A stretch of 64,000 nucleotides of DNA, from assembly GCA_026395435.1 (NCBI GenBank), contig JAPLYT010000003.1, positions 68,024 to 132,023 on the forward strand. The letters are read 5' to 3'. The DNA comes from Candidatus Saccharimonadota bacterium (GTDB lineage: Bacteria > Patescibacteriota > Saccharimonadia > Saccharimonadales > AWTP1-31). The translations under genes and the position numbers were made by a program. Position 1 is the stretch's first letter, and every line of letters starts with the position of its first letter. Positions 1 to 9,073 of this stretch are shown here, in pieces. The notes beneath the pieces are model-generated. The model saw nothing but the letters and a program-made list of their open reading frames with translations, did no database searches and was not told the DNA's origin.

Positions 1-365
1 TTACCATACATGGTGGCCATGTAGTCGGAATAGCTGAGGTCGTGTTTCTTCTTCAAGTAGACGGCCCTAAACCCAAGGCCAGCACCAGAAGATGCAAAAA
101 AATTGCCAATGGATGAAAGCAAAGAAACACGCACGCTTTCATATGAGTCGAGCTGTTTATTGAATGATCCGACAATATATTTAATGAACAATCCGTTACA
201 GATTATGATACCTACGTAGCATAAAAACGAGCCGATGAGCAGCACCAGTTTAATGTCGAGCAAAGGTTTGAAACTTGATTTGTTGAAGATGAAATATACA
301 ATAAAGATAATTACGACGATTATGCCGAGCAGATTCTTCTGATACTTGCCAAATGTTTGTTTCAT
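1..365 (-). CDS. Membrane protein, N-terminal 121 codons only (flippase-like / lysyl-PG-synthase-TM-type look-alike); 3' end lies beyond the window
   Basis: Not in ORF track because no stop falls in the window. ATG at 365-363 overlaps the stop of the upstream GT gene by 1 nt (TAATG). Own translation: MKQTFGKYQKNLLGIIVVIIFIVYFIF...LLSSIGNFFASSGAGLGFRAVYLKKKH. Hydrophobic helices plus a GNF..G..G..R motif typical of that family. Confidence 0.5.
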   Translation of the reverse strand, partial: MKQTFGKYQKNLLGIIVVIIFIVYFIFNKSSFKPLLDIKLVLLIGSFLCYVGIIICNGLFIKYIVGSFNKQLDSYESVRVSLLSSIGNFFASSGAGLGFRAVYLKKKHDLSYSDYMATMYG

Positions 366-1483
366 TACTTTTTAATTTCAGTAAGTTGATCGTAGTACGT
401 ATTGTATTGAGCGGCGATAACGGGCCAACTGAAAGTTTTGATTGAATATTCTCGAGCAGATCTTCCCAATTGGGCTGCTTTTTTTGCATCACCGAGAACC
501 AACGTGATAGCACTAGCGTGCGCTTTTGGACTAGAAGCCGGTACCAATGTGCCATTTTTTCCGTCATGAATCGCATCCACAATTCCTTCAATTCCTGATG
601 CTACAACAGGTACTTCGCACAGTGCAGCTTCTATCAGCACGCGTCCAAATCCTTCCATGTCGCCGGAAACTGATATGTTCGGCATTATGAAGCAATCGGC
701 AGCATTATAAAGATTCTTGAGCAATTCGTCACTCGTCCTTCCGAGGAGATGGACGAAGCCTGATAACCCGGTGTCGTCAATGACTTGCTCAATAGATTCT
801 CTCATTGGTCCGTCACCGCTTATTAAAAGCAATGTGTTCGGCTCTTTTTTAACAACCGATGGCAGTACATTCTGAATAAACCAGGCCAGGCCTTTGCGCT
901 CAACAAGCCTGCCGACTGACAACAAAATTTTAGTGCCGCTGTGGACTCCCGGAATCGATTCCATAACGGACATGCGAGCTTTTTTTGTATCATGCAGAAA
1001 TAACTCATCAGTCACACCAAGAGGAATGACATGAACCTTATCGGCATTTATGCCACGATTGATCACTTCATCTCGAGCTGCACTACTAATGCACAGTATA
1101 GCGTCTGCGCGGCCGAGAGACTGTTTGACCAGAAATTGAAAAAGCGGGTTTTTGAAGGTGATATCAAGCCCGTGAATCACTACAACCATCGGCTTCCTGA
1201 AGATAATCTTGAGTGGAAAAGCCATGATCGAAACAACTCCGTCTTGAGCATGAATAACGTCAATGCTAGAAGTTGCAAGCATCCACGCTGATCGTACAAA
1301 AAAATACGGCAATACAAAAAACAATGCCAATTTACTACCACCCCACTGCAAAAGACTTAATGTATTGCTTTTAGCAAGTTCATCGCTGAGATCTTTAGCG
1401 AAACGCTCCATGCCACCGGTTGCGGGCGGAAAACACCTTGTTATGAATAGAATGGAATGAGATTTGGTAGATAGCTTCGTCAT
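365..1483 (-). CDS. Glycosyltransferase, GT-B fold (family 1/4 type)
   Basis: 372 aa. N-terminal FITRCFPPATGGMERF and C-terminal EGFGRVLIEAALCEVPVVAS..G..D are typical of the GT4 E-x7-E region. Confidence 0.85.
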   Translation of the reverse strand: MTKLSTKSHSILFITRCFPPATGGMERFAKDLSDELAKSNTLSLLQWGGSKLALFFVLPYFFVRSAWMLATSSIDVIHAQDGVVSIMAFPLKIIFRKPMVVVIHGLDITFKNPLFQFLVKQSLGRADAILCISSAARDEVINRGINADKVHVIPLGVTDELFLHDTKKARMSVMESIPGVHSGTKILLSVGRLVERKGLAWFIQNVLPSVVKKEPNTLLLISGDGPMRESIEQVIDDTGLSGFVHLLGRTSDELLKNLYNAADCFIMPNISVSGDMEGFGRVLIEAALCEVPVVASGIEGIVDAIHDGKNGTLVPASSPKAHASAITLVLGDAKKAAQLGRSAREYSIKTFSWPVIAAQYNTYYDQLTEIKK

Positions 1484-1484
1484 G

Positions 1485-1715
1485 TTAAATATTAAAACCT
1501 CTTATTGAAATGGATGATATATCGAGAAGCGGATACGAAAATTTCACACTTGAGCTATTTTGGATATATCCGCGAAGTGCGCAAACGAATCGTACTAAAG
1601 TACGGTGAGTGCGCATAACGAGCGTATGGATTCGAAAGAGCCAAGAGAACGGCGGATAAGTCGTTTTACGGCTTAACAGGCCGTTCGTTGTGAGATTCTT
1701 CGTTAGTTGGGTCAT
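1485..1715 (-). CDS. Hypothetical small basic protein (76 aa), or non-coding spacer
   Basis: The ORF exactly fills the 228-nt gap between two GT genes. It has an ATGA overlap with the upstream stop, and its stop lies 1 nt before the downstream ATG. No recognisable motif; the region also carries GCGGATA repeats and hairpins. Confidence 0.3.
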   Translation of the reverse strand: MTQLTKNLTTNGLLSRKTTYPPFSWLFRIHTLVMRTHRTLVRFVCALRGYIQNSSSVKFSYPLLDISSISIRGFNI

Positions 1716-2683
1716 TTCTTCTCAGGCCATTTTAACGCTTTTAGGTTCTCATAGATTTTTTCTTGGTTATTTAACAGGCGGACTTGCATGTCTGCGAGCA
1801 GCCCAATAGCCCAAACAACAAGGCTCAGCGTGATCATATACACACCCAAGAAACCAACGAACTTGTAAGGGCTAATATCACCGGTGTTTATCCAGTGAAC
1901 TACGGTGAAAATCAAACAAGGTACTGCTACAAGCGCTGGCACAAAACCGAGCCATCCAAAAAACCGTAGGGGTGCAAAGTCTCGGTAGGATCGGAGAATA
2001 TTGATAGCGCTCGTTGCGATGTAGCCCGGAATACTAGTGACTACACGTGATTTTCGTCCCGGAAAATATTTCACGACCACCGGCATAGCCACAATTCTCA
2101 TTCGTTTCATGGCCAACACTTGGAATGATTCTTGGGTATAGGTATGGGTGCCGTTTATATTCAGAGAAATCAAGGCATGCCGATTATACGCTCGAAAACC
2201 ACAGGTCACATCATTAAACGTCTGACCGCTCAATTTGCTCGTAACCCATGCCCCCGCTTTATTACCCCAATATTTCCCGGCTGGCATATTTTTAGGCTGC
2301 TCTGCACGGCCAGTTTCTGGATTCGTAAATCGATCAGCAGCTACAAAATCTGCTTCACCTTCGACGATTAGAGCCACTAATTTCGGAATATCGCTCGGGC
2401 TAAACTGTAAATCGCCATCAATGTTCACTAATATATCCGCATCACGAGCCAAAGCGATATCGATCGCTTCGCGAAATCGGAAGGCAAGCTTCTTGCTCAT
2501 ACCACTTCCGGCCACATGTGCGCCATGTTTTTTAGCAATATCTGAGGTATCATCAGTACTTCCGTCATCAATCACCCATTTCTCGATTTTAGTGACGCCA
2601 GGGATGTTCTTTGGAATTTGATCGAGCAACTGCCCAATCGTCTCAGCCTCATCCTTACAAATAGATACAACAATTAATTTCAT
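1712..2683 (-). CDS. GT2 glycosyltransferase, polyprenyl-phosphate sugar synthase type (Dpm1/GtrB/ArnC-like)
   Basis: 323 aa. VVSICKDEAETI...VIDDGSTDDT...NIDGDLQF (GT-A DxD region), followed by two C-terminal TM helices (FGWLGFVPALVAVPCLIF, FLGVYMITLSLVVWAIGLL). Confidence 0.8.
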   Translation of the reverse strand: MKLIVVSICKDEAETIGQLLDQIPKNIPGVTKIEKWVIDDGSTDDTSDIAKKHGAHVAGSGMSKKLAFRFREAIDIALARDADILVNIDGDLQFSPSDIPKLVALIVEGEADFVAADRFTNPETGRAEQPKNMPAGKYWGNKAGAWVTSKLSGQTFNDVTCGFRAYNRHALISLNINGTHTYTQESFQVLAMKRMRIVAMPVVVKYFPGRKSRVVTSIPGYIATSAINILRSYRDFAPLRFFGWLGFVPALVAVPCLIFTVVHWINTGDISPYKFVGFLGVYMITLSLVVWAIGLLADMQVRLLNNQEKIYENLKALKWPEKK

Positions 2684-2793
2684 AGATTCCTCTTCTGTGT
2701 GTTTATATTGTACCAGTAGAAGATGATAACCGCTGTGTCAGTCTACTCCTACCTTCTCTAAGCCACACAAATCCGAATAAGAATGGAGACACC

Positions 2794-3330
2794 ATGAAAA
2801 GCTGGAAAAAAATATCTGAGAAATTATTACTAGAACATCCGAGAATATCAATATACGAAGATGAAGTTGAACTTCCGAATGGCAGAAGGACACAGTACCT
2901 TCGCTTTACCAATAGAGGCGATGCTGCCCAAGTGATTGTCGTTGATGACTCTGGAAAGATTCTCGTGCAGAAAGAGTATAGTTATCCACCCAACGAGTGG
3001 TTATACCAATTCCCTGGAGGAAAAATTGATAATAATGAGTCTCCGGCTGATGGTGCCAAAAGAGAGCTTGCGGAAGAGTCACAATACTCAGCCGATCTTA
3101 CTGAAATTGGATGGTTTTATGTAGATAATAGACGATCAGATTCAAAATTCTATGTATTTATGGCTACAAATATCAAGACAATTTCTACACATAGTTCAGA
3201 CGATGAGGAAGAATTTGAGCATTATTGGCTTACTGAAGAAGAAATAGACCACTTAATCAAAGATGGCGACATTAAAAACTATTCGTTTTTGGCTGCGTGG
3301 GCATTCTATAAAACTCGAAATGTTTTATGA
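2794..3330 (+). CDS. NUDIX hydrolase
   Basis: 178 aa with a complete Nudix box GGKIDNNESPADGAKRELAEESQY (Gx5Ex7REUxEExGU). Confidence 0.85.
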   Translation: MKSWKKISEKLLLEHPRISIYEDEVELPNGRRTQYLRFTNRGDAAQVIVVDDSGKILVQKEYSYPPNEWLYQFPGGKIDNNESPADGAKRELAEESQYSADLTEIGWFYVDNRRSDSKFYVFMATNIKTISTHSSDDEEEFEHYWLTEEEIDHLIKDGDIKNYSFLAAWAFYKTRNVL

Positions 3331-3768
3331 TTTACGTTCAATAGCTCGTTGCTCTTCTGTCTCGTCGGGGCGAGAATAATCATCTTCCAGTCGCCACGTT
3401 GTACCAATTTCCGGAGTCGAAACTTCAATAATATCGCAATCCGTAATTCCTACTAACCGATGCTTCTGGCCAACTGAAGTAGAGTAGCCCTGCCCCAATT
3501 TCAGCACAGTCTCGGTGAGTTCGCCTTGGTTATTTTCCCAGATTACTTTTGCCGCGCCAGCAATCAAGAACCAGCTTTCCTGCTTGTGATCATGTATCTG
3601 TAATGACAGTCGAGCTCCGGCGTTTATATGAAGAACTTTACCCATATATGGAGCAGAGGCTGGCACCCAATGGATTTCGTATCCCCATGGTTTATCAAAT
3701 CTTTGATCAAAGGACTCCTGCGTGAAATTTTTCGGATCAAAAGACGGTGTCTGTGCGGAGGCGTTCAT
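3325..3768 (-). CDS. Cupin-domain protein resembling the type II mannose-6-phosphate isomerase domain of bifunctional ManC
   Basis: 147 aa. KPWGYEIHW...GKVLHINAGARLSLQIHDHKQESWFLIAGAAKV matches the PMI-type cupin pattern (KPWG..., lSlQ.H.hr.E.W). Confidence 0.7.
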   Translation of the reverse strand: MNASAQTPSFDPKNFTQESFDQRFDKPWGYEIHWVPASAPYMGKVLHINAGARLSLQIHDHKQESWFLIAGAAKVIWENNQGELTETVLKLGQGYSTSVGQKHRLVGITDCDIIEVSTPEIGTTWRLEDDYSRPDETEEQRAIERKS

Positions 3769-4280
3769 TATGTGTTTCCTTTGTGTCTTTTAAAGTGTGT
3801 AGCAGCCAAAGCAATAAAGTCCCGCTGTGATTCCATGGTATGAGTTGGTAAATTATCGTAATCATAAAACGTTCCGATTTTAGGCTCTTCCAAAAGTTCT
3901 ACCCAAAATACTTGGGCTTGTTCGGTACCCCGAGTACTTTGGTGGAGGATATTGTCTACGTAGACTGGTTTACCAGCTTTAGTGTCCTGTAGCTCATCAG
4001 ATATAATCCTATCGAATACGTGTGAAAAATCTTCGGAGGTATCAGTTGGCCTAATTACAGTACCCGGAGTATGGAGCGTATTGGGCCAAATAGAGTCTTT
4101 CGGGCCTCTATCAAGCAGTAGTATCTGAACTTTGCCATCTTTGATGCGAACGGGCACAAATTCGATGATCGAAAGCACTGTCAGTCTAGCTAGCTGAACG
4201 AATAAATCGTACGGCAAAAAGCCGGGTTCATATTTCTTAAGAAGTGTAACGACCTGCCGAAGACTTTGATCTTCATCCAT
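3768..4280 (-). CDS. Hypothetical protein (possibly a degenerate Nudix-like fold)
   Basis: Start moved to MDEDQSLRQ (ATG 4280) to avoid overlapping the upstream gene. The stop overlaps the cupin ATG (TAATG). No intact Nudix box seen. Confidence 0.45.
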   Translation of the reverse strand: MDEDQSLRQVVTLLKKYEPGFLPYDLFVQLARLTVLSIIEFVPVRIKDGKVQILLLDRGPKDSIWPNTLHTPGTVIRPTDTSEDFSHVFDRIISDELQDTKAGKPVYVDNILHQSTRGTEQAQVFWVELLEEPKIGTFYDYDNLPTHTMESQRDFIALAATHFKRHKGNT

Positions 4281-4285
4281 AAAGA

Positions 4286-5062
4286 CTAAACCACCGCCAA
4301 AATTGCTCGCAGGGCAAGCGCCGTCTGCTGCCAATGCGATACTTCCAAGGAATCAATTCCCATAGCTTTTACCGGGTAATCGTTGCCACCTTCTTGCAGT
4401 CTGTCGCCAAAGAATAAAATTTCATCTTTTGAAATATGAAGAAGTTCCATGAGTTTTTCCATGCCATATGCTTTATCGATACCAGGCTTTGTAATATCGA
4501 TTGAAGTTGCACCACCACTCCGAACTTCAAAATCAGGTAACTTTGCAGCAACGTAGTCACGAAGTTTGAGTTTTTTAGCACCATCCGGATCCCAAGCTTC
4601 TTTGATCTCCACGCCTTCCATACCTAGCTCATCAACGATATCTTGGCCAAGTGCCGAAAAGGTGATCTGACTTCCCCGGTCTTCTACAGTATCGCCGTAC
4701 ACTTTCTTCTCTTTGTAACCAAGCTCGTCGACACCCTCGTTGAGGGCAGTAATAATTTCTTTTTTCTCATCTTCCGTGAAATCTTCAGCATATACTTGAT
4801 CCCATTTTGCATGAGCTAGGTTGTACACAAAGTATTTCGTTCCGCAGGTAGGCATCAAGTGGAGTCGCTCCAATTTAGTGGGATCGGCTTTTAGATTATC
4901 AAGTAGTTGTTTTTGAAATTGCTCGAATCGTCCGCCTGATATGACACATACTTGATAGACTTCGAGGAGTTGATTGAGCACTTCTGCCATCTCGTCGGAT
5001 AATGGTGATTTACTGTCTGCTAGTGTCCCGTCTAAATCAAAAGCAATTACTTTTCTGCTCAT
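4286..5062 (-). CDS. HAD-IIB hydrolase resembling eukaryote-type phosphomannomutase
   Basis: 258 aa. FDLDGTLA (motif I), VISGG, SGGATSIDITKPGIDKAYG, ILFFGDRLQEGGNDYPV. Order and spacing parallel the PMM family motifs FDVDGTL / GGSD / ISFDVFPEGWDK / FFGD..GGND. Confidence 0.65.
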   Translation of the reverse strand: MSRKVIAFDLDGTLADSKSPLSDEMAEVLNQLLEVYQVCVISGGRFEQFQKQLLDNLKADPTKLERLHLMPTCGTKYFVYNLAHAKWDQVYAEDFTEDEKKEIITALNEGVDELGYKEKKVYGDTVEDRGSQITFSALGQDIVDELGMEGVEIKEAWDPDGAKKLKLRDYVAAKLPDFEVRSGGATSIDITKPGIDKAYGMEKLMELLHISKDEILFFGDRLQEGGNDYPVKAMGIDSLEVSHWQQTALALRAILAVV

Positions 5063-5063
5063 A

Positions 5064-6110
5064 TTATTTCTCCTTCAGTTTATTGGCAATTTCTTTAACT
5101 TTTTGTGACTGATCGGTGCGCATAACCAAAACGCCATGCTCGGTATTAACCACCACCACATTGTCCATACCAATGACTGCTACAGGACGATCACAGTCAT
5201 TTCGAACGTACACCTGAGCGCTATCCAGAACGTGTACGTTATCTCCTTTTACCGCATTCCCCGATTGGTCCTGGACACTCACCTTGTGGACATCATCAAA
5301 CGATCCCACATCCATCCAGTCAAATGTGCCTGGCATGACGAGTAGGTCTGGGACTTTTTCCATCAGTGCTGTGTCAATTGCTTCTTTTTCAAAATCAAGA
5401 TAAATCGCATCACGTTCTTGTGGAGTTTTTGCTGCTTTCAATTTTACAATTTGACCCTGCCACATCGGGTCGGCATACGTCTTAATCCGCTCAGCAAAAA
5501 CACTAAATGGCGCTACAAAATAGCCCATATTCCACAGGTACTCTCCGCTTTCAAAATATTTTTTGGCGACTGGGTATTCAGGTTTTTCTTTGAAGCTCTT
5601 TATTTCGTAGGCGATGGTGCTGTCATTAAACGGATCGCCCTTTTGGATATAGCCATATTTTGTATCAGGTTGTGTCGGGTCCATACCAAGTAACGTGACG
5701 CGACCATATTTTTCTGATATCTTTCCAGCTCGCTTGATAGCTTCGGCAAATCCTTTCACATCTCGAATGTGATGGTCGGCATGGATCGATGCAATCGGCT
5801 CATCTTCTCCGTGACGAGCACTTATAAATTGCAGCGCATTCAAAATACACGGCATCGTGTCGCGCCGTGCAGGTTCGATAATTATCTGATCTTCTTTGAG
5901 CTCTGGAAGTTGCTTGATCACATGATCTGAGTGACTTGCTTCGGTAGAAATATAAATTTTATCGACTGATGTTATTCGTTTGGCACGCTCAAACGTATTT
6001 TGTAAAAGCGACTTGTCGCCAATAATCGTTAATAAATGTTTCGGATACTCGGGTGTCGACAAAGGCCACAACCGCGTTCCTGACCCTCCTGCGATAATGA
6101 CTACAATCAT
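5064..6110 (-). CDS. manC: Mannose-1-phosphate guanylyltransferase (nucleotidyltransferase domain only)
   Basis: 348 aa. IIAGGSGTRLWPLS...PKHLL signature of the sugar-1-P nucleotidyltransferase / GMP family. No C-terminal cupin domain. Confidence 0.85.
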   Translation of the reverse strand: MIVVIIAGGSGTRLWPLSTPEYPKHLLTIIGDKSLLQNTFERAKRITSVDKIYISTEASHSDHVIKQLPELKEDQIIIEPARRDTMPCILNALQFISARHGEDEPIASIHADHHIRDVKGFAEAIKRAGKISEKYGRVTLLGMDPTQPDTKYGYIQKGDPFNDSTIAYEIKSFKEKPEYPVAKKYFESGEYLWNMGYFVAPFSVFAERIKTYADPMWQGQIVKLKAAKTPQERDAIYLDFEKEAIDTALMEKVPDLLVMPGTFDWMDVGSFDDVHKVSVQDQSGNAVKGDNVHVLDSAQVYVRNDCDRPVAVIGMDNVVVVNTEHGVLVMRTDQSQKVKEIANKLKEK

Positions 6111-6122
6111 AAGGACATCATA

Positions 6123-7076
6123 TCACTTTCCTACTGTTTTAAAATATTCAATCGTCTCTTTCAACCCTCTATCCAAATCTATACTCGGTTCCCAGTTGAG
6201 TATGGATTTTGCCCGAGAAATATCGGGCTGACGCTGCGTAGGGTCATCTCCTGGCAACGGAAGATACGTTAGATCTGATGTGCTCTTTGTAAGGTCAGTT
6301 ACTTTTTGGGCAAGCTCTAGCATCGTAAATTCTCCAGGATTTCCAAGATTGATCGGGCCTGATTCTTCTGAATTAATAAGCCGTACAATCGCTTCGACTA
6401 AATCAGATACGTAGCAGAAACTACGCGTCTGACTACCATCGCCGTAGATTGTGAGAGATTTATTTTGTAATGCCTGAACGATAAAATTAGAAACCACTCT
6501 ACCGTCGTCAGCATCCATACGTGGTCCGTAGGTATTAAAGAACCGTCCAATACAGGTAGAAACTTCCGGGTAACGATCTCGATATGCGTATATCAATGCT
6601 TCTGCATACCGTTTTGCTTCGTCATACATAGCTCGAGGTCCATAGCAGTTGACGCTCCCTTTGTAGCTTTCAGGTTGTGGATGAATATCCGGGTCACCAT
6701 ACACTTCACTCGTTGACGCATGGAACAACCGTGCCTTGTTTTGTCGTGCGAGTTCTAGCATATTAAACGTTCCCTGCGAGCCAACATGCAATGTTTCGAG
6801 CGACAATCTCTGATAATGAGGTGGGCTGGCGGGTGACGCCATGTTGAGGATAATATCAAATGTTTGATCCGTAATTTCTGACGGCAATGTATCGGTTATG
6901 TCAGCTTCAACAAAGGTGAATTTGTCGTTGTTTTGCAAGTGGGCGATATTCCTTTTCGAACCGGTAGAAAGGTTGTCGACAGCGATAACTGCGAATCCGT
7001 CAGTAAGAAATCTATCTGCTAAATGAGATCCGAGGAATCCTGCACCTCCTGCAATAAGGATGCGAGAGGACTTCAA
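6123..7076 (-). CDS. uxs: UDP-glucuronate decarboxylase (UDP-xylose synthase), SDR family
   Basis: 317 aa. GGAGFLGSHL Rossmann motif, STSEVYG, YDEAKR (YxxxK), and high overall resemblance to the UXS pattern (RIFNTYGPRM-like RFFNTYGPRM). Confidence 0.85.
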   Translation of the reverse strand: MKSSRILIAGGAGFLGSHLADRFLTDGFAVIAVDNLSTGSKRNIAHLQNNDKFTFVEADITDTLPSEITDQTFDIILNMASPASPPHYQRLSLETLHVGSQGTFNMLELARQNKARLFHASTSEVYGDPDIHPQPESYKGSVNCYGPRAMYDEAKRYAEALIYAYRDRYPEVSTCIGRFFNTYGPRMDADDGRVVSNFIVQALQNKSLTIYGDGSQTRSFCYVSDLVEAIVRLINSEESGPINLGNPGEFTMLELAQKVTDLTKSTSDLTYLPLPGDDPTQRQPDISRAKSILNWEPSIDLDRGLKETIEYFKTVGK

Positions 7077-8389
7077 TTAATAACCTCTCGGCCGATGCTT
7101 TCATAGTGAAAATCTGTCGTTTTCATAGCTTGAGGCCCATACAAATTACGACCGTCGAAAATAACCGCTGCCTTCATGGCTTTTTTCATTGCGGCAAAGT
7201 CAGGTTCACGGAATTCGTTCCACTCAGTAGCGATAATCAAGGCATCAACATCTTTTAATGCATCGTTCGCACTTTTAGCGAACGTGACCGAACTTTGACC
7301 TTGTAATACCTTTGTAACATTTTCTGTCGCTTCAGGATCATAAGCAACGATCGAAGCTCCCTTTTCAGTAAGTATTTTGATAATAGTAAGTGCCGGAGCC
7401 TCACGAATATCATCCGTGTCTGGTTTAAACGCCAAGCCCCATAGCGCAAACGTCTTGCCTTTTATATCATTTTTGAAATATTTGATAATCTTACTCGCGA
7501 GAACCTTCTTTTGGTCTTCATTCACTTTTGTCACAATATCAAGCAATCTGAAATCGTAGCCATGCTGGGCTGCTGTTTGATGCAAGGCAAGTACGTCTTT
7601 CGGAAAGCAGCTGCCTCCATACCCAATGCCAGGATACAGAAATCGTTTTCCAATTCGCTCGTCAGAACCGATACCTTCTCGGACTGCATCAACATTCGCA
7701 CCCAGTATTTCTGAGAGATTCGCAATCTCATTCATGAAAGATATTTTTAATGCCAAGAATGAATTGGCCGCGTACTTTGTCATCTCTGCAGACCGTTCAT
7801 CCATGACCAGGAAAGCGCTTCCTTGAGATACAAACGGAGCATACAGTGCATCCATTATTTTCGATGCTTTATCTGAACTCGTTCCGATCACAATCCGATC
7901 TGGCTTCAAGAAATCATTGACAGCAAAACCTTCACGCAAAAATTCTGGATTCGATACGATATCAAAAGCACTGGTCGCATTCTTAGCCACTCGTTCTCGA
8001 ACAAGGTCTGCAGTTCCGACAGGAACCGTACTTTTATCGATTATGACGGTATACTCTTTGAGCAACGGGCCTAAGGCATCTGCAACGCCAAGAATGTACG
8101 ATAGGTCTGCTGAGCCATCTTCTCCAGGAGGCGTCGGCAGCGCTAAGAAAATACATTGAGAGCCTTCAATCCCTTCAGCAAGATTCGTCGTAAAAGTGAG
8201 ACGCTTATTACCAATATTTCGCTCAAAGATCGTCTCCAAGCCAGGCTCATAAATAGGAATTTCGCCTTTTTTCATGGCATCGACTTTTGCCTGATCGATG
8301 TCTATACACGTGACCTCATTACCCATTTCAGCGAGACAAGTGCCCGTAACCAACCCAACATACCCTGTTCCAACAACTGCTATCTTCAT
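7073..8389 (-). CDS. ugd: UDP-glucose 6-dehydrogenase
   Basis: 438 aa. MKIAVVGTGYVGLV, GGSCFPKD catalytic Cys motif, and C-terminal UDP-binding domain pattern. Confidence 0.9.
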   Translation of the reverse strand: MKIAVVGTGYVGLVTGTCLAEMGNEVTCIDIDQAKVDAMKKGEIPIYEPGLETIFERNIGNKRLTFTTNLAEGIEGSQCIFLALPTPPGEDGSADLSYILGVADALGPLLKEYTVIIDKSTVPVGTADLVRERVAKNATSAFDIVSNPEFLREGFAVNDFLKPDRIVIGTSSDKASKIMDALYAPFVSQGSAFLVMDERSAEMTKYAANSFLALKISFMNEIANLSEILGANVDAVREGIGSDERIGKRFLYPGIGYGGSCFPKDVLALHQTAAQHGYDFRLLDIVTKVNEDQKKVLASKIIKYFKNDIKGKTFALWGLAFKPDTDDIREAPALTIIKILTEKGASIVAYDPEATENVTKVLQGQSSVTFAKSANDALKDVDALIIATEWNEFREPDFAAMKKAMKAAVIFDGRNLYGPQAMKTTDFHYESIGREVIN

Positions 8390-8482
8390 AGTATATGAGT
8401 ATATACTATTCAGAATCAGAACATTGTACTATCGCTTGATTTAACGACTCTTTTAACCTGTTGGACTATTGCCCTACCATAG

Positions 8483-9073
8483 TTGTTATGGTATTATTCT
8501 GATGTGTATAACTATAAACAAAAAGATCAAAATAAAAAAAGTTCGACTCGTAAGAAATCTATCCTGATTTTGATTGCTCTCGTACTCATTGGTGGTCTTG
8601 TTGGGGGCGGATTATACCTACGAAATCGCAACACTCAAAAGACTTCTGATTCTCCTCGGGTAGCAACGATCAACTATGCTCCAGCTACACCTAATGAAAA
8701 ACAAGAAAGCAATGACGTAAAAGATAAGATAGTTGCCCAGCAAAAAAACAATCCCGCCCCTTCGCCTGGCACAAACCCTCCAAATGAAGGTAAAAAAAGC
8801 GTAACGCCAACAATCACCAACACTAATGGGAGTATTAACGCTTTTGTTTCAGGTGTTTTTGAAGAAGGAGGCGTATGTACGGCCACTTTTACCAAAGGAT
8901 CCAGTACTTTATCTAAAACATCAGTAGGTTTCCAAAATGTGTCCTACACGCAGTGTGCACCCATGGATCTAGGTAGTGGCTTCTTGAGCCCGGGTGTCTG
9001 GAATGTCACCGTTTCTTACGCATCAGCGACAGCAGCTGGAGCTTCTGCGTCGCAAACCATGGAGGTTCAGTAA
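8483..9073 (+). CDS. Membrane-anchored/secreted hypothetical protein
   Basis: 196 aa. Lys-rich N-terminus, one TM (ILILIALVLIGGLVGGGLYL), a Pro/Asn-rich linker and a small C-terminal domain with 2 Cys. Start uncertain (TTG 8483 or GTG 8504). Confidence 0.5.
   Translation: MLWYYSDVYNYKQKDQNKKSSTRKKSILILIALVLIGGLVGGGLYLRNRNTQKTSDSPRVATINYAPATPNEKQESNDVKDKIVAQQKNNPAPSPGTNPPNEGKKSVTPTITNTNGSINAFVSGVFEEGGVCTATFTKGSSTLSKTSVGFQNVSYTQCAPMDLGSGFLSPGVWNVTVSYASATAAGASASQTMEVQ

Noticed and set aside
250-591. 113-codon minus-strand ORF spanning the junction of the GT gene and the edge gene.
   Set aside because: It is out of frame with, and overlaps, two better-supported genes that meet at a TAATG junction at position 365.
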